Made by a program: the position numbers and the translations under genes. Below, piece after piece: positions 61,458 to 64,000 of a stretch of DNA of 64,000 bases (positions are counted from its first letter, which is position 1; the number at the start of each line of letters is the position of its first letter). The stretch comes from an uncultured Hyphomicrobiales bacterium. Its GTDB lineage: Bacteria > Bacteroidota > Ignavibacteria > Kapaibacteriales > UBA2268. The notes beneath the pieces were generated by a model. The model worked only from the letters and a program-made list of their open reading frames with translations. It did no database searches and was not told the origin of the DNA. Location: the NCBI GenBank assembly GCA_964473465.1, contig CAYYPE010000002.1, positions 243,826 to 307,825 on the forward strand. Direction: 5' to 3'.

Positions 61458-62678
61458 CTATTTTGTATTTAGTCTTAACATGTGGAAAAAGAAACTTGAA
61501 AATATCAATTGAAATCCAAGGACAAGCAGTGTTACAGATGCAATTACCAGCCTCATTGTTATAGTTATGCCTGCTTCGAAGAAAATTCTATCGTTCCAGA
61601 TTATAAGCGAGTAGATAAATCCACCCAAACCAAGCAGAACCATTATACCCCCAGTAACCAAGCCCTTTTCAAGAGTCAGATTCTTTAGAATTTTCTCGAT
61701 TTGAGGTGTTGTCGGTAGGAGTTTTTCGTGAACTGCAAAAGTTTTGGTGAAAACAGCGAATATAACTGTTTGGAAACCAATCATAATAGCACCTGAGGCA
61801 TATAGCATTGTATGAATATCCCAGGATAACTGAGGATTGAAAAATATCCATGTACTTACCAAAAAACCGGCTATCATAAGGAACAGACCCGGATAGAAAA
61901 ATATCCATCGGGGTGAGTAAAGCAAAAGAAACTTAAGATGCCTCCACCCGTCATTAAAAGGTCTTAAGTGCGATTTTCTTTTATTGCTTAGAGGTGATAA
62001 TGTTGTGGGGACTTCGGTCATCTTCAGGTCATAAATAATTGATTTTACAACCATCTCACTTGCAAATTCCATTCCCGTTGTATGCAAATCCATCCATTTA
62101 TAAGCCTCACGGTGAAAACCTCTCAATCCGCAATGAAAATCATTTACCTTGCTTTTGAAAAACAACTTACCTATTCCGGATAATATAGGATTCCCGAGAT
62201 ATCTATGCAGGAAAGGCATTGCACCTTTCTGTATTCCAGCTTTAAAGCGATTCCCGACAACAAGATGATAACCTTCACGCAGTTTTTCAAGAAAAGGCAT
62301 TAAGTTCAGGAAATCATAGCTATCGTCTGAATCTCCGATTATAACGTATTTACCTTTTGCAGCTGCAATTCCACCCATTAGAGCTGCACCATAGCCCCTT
62401 TCTTCAACATTTACAACCTTGGCTCCAAGTTTTTTTGCAATATTTACCGAGTCATCGGTGCTACCATTGTCTGCTACAATTATTTCCCCATCAATATTAT
62501 TGTAATAAAGAAATGTTCTTGCTTTTTGAATACACTGTCCTATTGTTTGAGCTTCATTCAAACAAGGCATGACGATAGACAACTCACAGCTTTCTTTGGA
62601 AGTTTGTTCGTTTTGCTGTTCAAGTCCATTTAAATCGAGTGTTTTTACTTCCTGTGTATCCAATTTTTCTTTAGACAA
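61458..62678 (-). CDS. GT2 polyprenol-phosphate glycosyltransferase (GtrB/ArnC-like) with C-terminal TM helices
   Basis: LSIVMPCLNEAQTIGQCI...IIVADNGSTDDS...YVIIGDSDDSYD; C-terminal 4 TM helices. Confidence 0.85.
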   Translation of the reverse strand: MSKEKLDTQEVKTLDLNGLEQQNEQTSKESCELSIVMPCLNEAQTIGQCIQKARTFLYYNNIDGEIIVADNGSTDDSVNIAKKLGAKVVNVEERGYGAALMGGIAAAKGKYVIIGDSDDSYDFLNLMPFLEKLREGYHLVVGNRFKAGIQKGAMPFLHRYLGNPILSGIGKLFFKSKVNDFHCGLRGFHREAYKWMDLHTTGMEFASEMVVKSIIYDLKMTEVPTTLSPLSNKRKSHLRPFNDGWRHLKFLLLYSPRWIFFYPGLFLMIAGFLVSTWIFFNPQLSWDIHTMLYASGAIMIGFQTVIFAVFTKTFAVHEKLLPTTPQIEKILKNLTLEKGLVTGGIMVLLGLGGFIYSLIIWNDRIFFEAGITITMRLVIASVTLLVLGFQLIFSSFFFHMLRLNTK

Positions 62679-62804
62679 TTTTTATCATTTATTATATCGT
62701 ATAATTCTTATTTTTCTTGATGAAACAAGACAATTGCTGATTACTTTAAAATAAAGACAAATTGTCCGATGCAAAATATATTACAAATTAAGTAAAAATA
62801 AAAA

Positions 62805-64000
62805 TTATGGTACAATTCTGTGAATCATTCTTGGGAATGGAATAACTTCTCTTATATGTGAAGCTCCAGTGAGCCATTTAACGGTTCTTTCAACTCCAAG
62901 ACCGAAGCCACTATGGGGAACAGTACCGAATTTTCTCAAGTCAAGATACCACTGAAAATCTTCAACTGGCAAATTTTCCTGAATGATTCTTTCGAGCAAT
63001 AAATCGTGATTATCTTCTCTTTGGCTGCCACCGATAAGCTCGCCGGCTTTTTCTGGACCGAGCATATCCATTGCAAGAACAACTTTGGGATTCTCCGGAT
63101 CACGCTTCATATAAAATGCTTTTACCTCAGTCGGATATCTATGAATTATCAAGGGCTTATCGAATTGCTCCATAATAGCCTCTTCCTGAACTGCTCCAAA
63201 ATCTTCACCCCAGGGAAATGGAACTTCCTCTTCTTTACCATCCGGCAATTTTTTTATTAATGGAACATTATTTTTGTTAAGCCATTCAACTGCCTCGCTG
63301 TAACTCATTCTGTAAAATGGCCTTTTGATATTTTCAAGTTTTGTTGTGTCTCTTTCAAGAGTTTTTAACTCTTTTTGATTTGTTTTCAGAACAAATTGAA
63401 CAATATATTCAACAAGATCTTCGGCAAGATCCATATCATCGTTAAGGTCAAAAAAAGCCATTTCGGGTTCCACCATCCAGAACTCTGTAAGGTGCTTTCT
63501 TGTTTTTGATAACTCAGCACGAAAAGTTGGACCAAAAGTATAAACCCTGCCTAAAGCCATTGCGGATGCTTCTGCATAAAGTTGTCCTGATTGGGATAAA
63601 TAAGCTTTACCTATATCAAAGTATTGAGTCTCGAATAATGTAGAAGTTCCCTCGCAGGCATTTGGAGTTAGCAAAGGAGAATCCATAAGCTTAAATCCAT
63701 TGCCATCGAAGAAATCCCTGATTGCTTTGACAACCGAAGCTCTCACACGCATTATAGCGTGTTGCTTTGAAGATCTTAGCCATAAATGTCTATGCTCTGT
63801 TAAAAAATCAGGTCCATGCTCTTTTTTTGTTATTGGATAATCTTTCGCTATCTGAATGATGTTTAAATCTGTTACCTGAAGTTCATATCCACCGGGAGCC
63901 CGGTCTTCTTTTTTAACTATACCATTTATAATTAGCGATGATTCCTGTGTTAAAGATTTTGCCGATTCAAATTTTTCTTCGCTTAAGTCATTTTTTGAAG
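62805..64000 (-). CDS. asnS: asparaginyl-tRNA synthetase (class IIb), 5' end beyond the window
   Basis: Class II motifs 2 and 3 (FRAELSKTRKHLTEFWMVEPEMAF; GFGLGVERTVKWLTGASHIREVIPFPR). The reading frame continues without a stop upstream of the first Met (...RHLWLRSSKQHAIMRVRA) to the window edge. Confidence 0.85.
   Translation of the reverse strand, partial: SKNDLSEEKFESAKSLTQESSLIINGIVKKEDRAPGGYELQVTDLNIIQIAKDYPITKKEHGPDFLTEHRHLWLRSSKQHAIMRVRASVVKAIRDFFDGNGFKLMDSPLLTPNACEGTSTLFETQYFDIGKAYLSQSGQLYAEASAMALGRVYTFGPTFRAELSKTRKHLTEFWMVEPEMAFFDLNDDMDLAEDLVEYIVQFVLKTNQKELKTLERDTTKLENIKRPFYRMSYSEAVEWLNKNNVPLIKKLPDGKEEEVPFPWGEDFGAVQEEAIMEQFDKPLIIHRYPTEVKAFYMKRDPENPKVVLAMDMLGPEKAGELIGGSQREDNHDLLLERIIQENLPVEDFQWYLDLRKFGTVPHSGFGLGVERTVKWLTGASHIREVIPFPRMIHRIVP

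Noticed and set aside
1-64000. tRNA, rRNA or CRISPR arrays
   Set aside because: No GGTTCGAATCC-type T-arm or tRNA cloverleaf signatures seen by eye in intergenic regions; no regularly spaced direct repeats with unique spacers. The palindromes at 61283-61446 are irregularly spaced and inverted rather than direct.

Overview
Low-GC (about 33-35%) chromosomal segment, by gene content most likely an FCB-group bacterium (Bacteroidota/Ignavibacteriota-like). The evidence is at least five proteins ending in type-IX-secretion (T9SS) C-terminal sorting domains, plus DUF1573, DUF2723, DUF3078 and RNase Y. Housekeeping genes (purB, recA, lysS, adk, aconitase, purC, rmlA, pheT, zapA, rny, asnS-partial, an FtsW/RodA SEDS protein, a POT peptide transporter) are interspersed with a large cell-envelope and glycosylation complement: three GtrB/DPM1-like GT2s, a GT4, two GT9 heptosyltransferase-family genes, a PMT-like DUF2723 GT-C protein, two MFS transporters and T9SS cargo proteins. 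The cargo includes a 2024-aa beta-helix protein with an internal module duplication. No tRNA, rRNA or CRISPR was found. Noteworthy points: (i) at least three genes (GT2, GT4, an AmpG/LplT-like MFS) whose conserved N-termini lie upstream of any ATG/GTG/TTG, implying CTG/ATA/ATT initiation or recent start-codon loss; (ii) two GC-rich, hairpin-dense non-coding segments flanking rny, the first of which (between zapA and rny, the classic 6S RNA position) looks like an independent structured ncRNA; (iii) an isolated phage portal-like gene next to purB; (iv) a family of ATCACGTAGTGAT-type palindromes in a convergent intergenic region; (v) a DUF2723 (PMT-like) plus DPM1-like GT2 cassette suggestive of a lipid-linked periplasmic glycosylation system. 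All calls are from reading the translated ORFs and the DNA by eye; no database search was possible.
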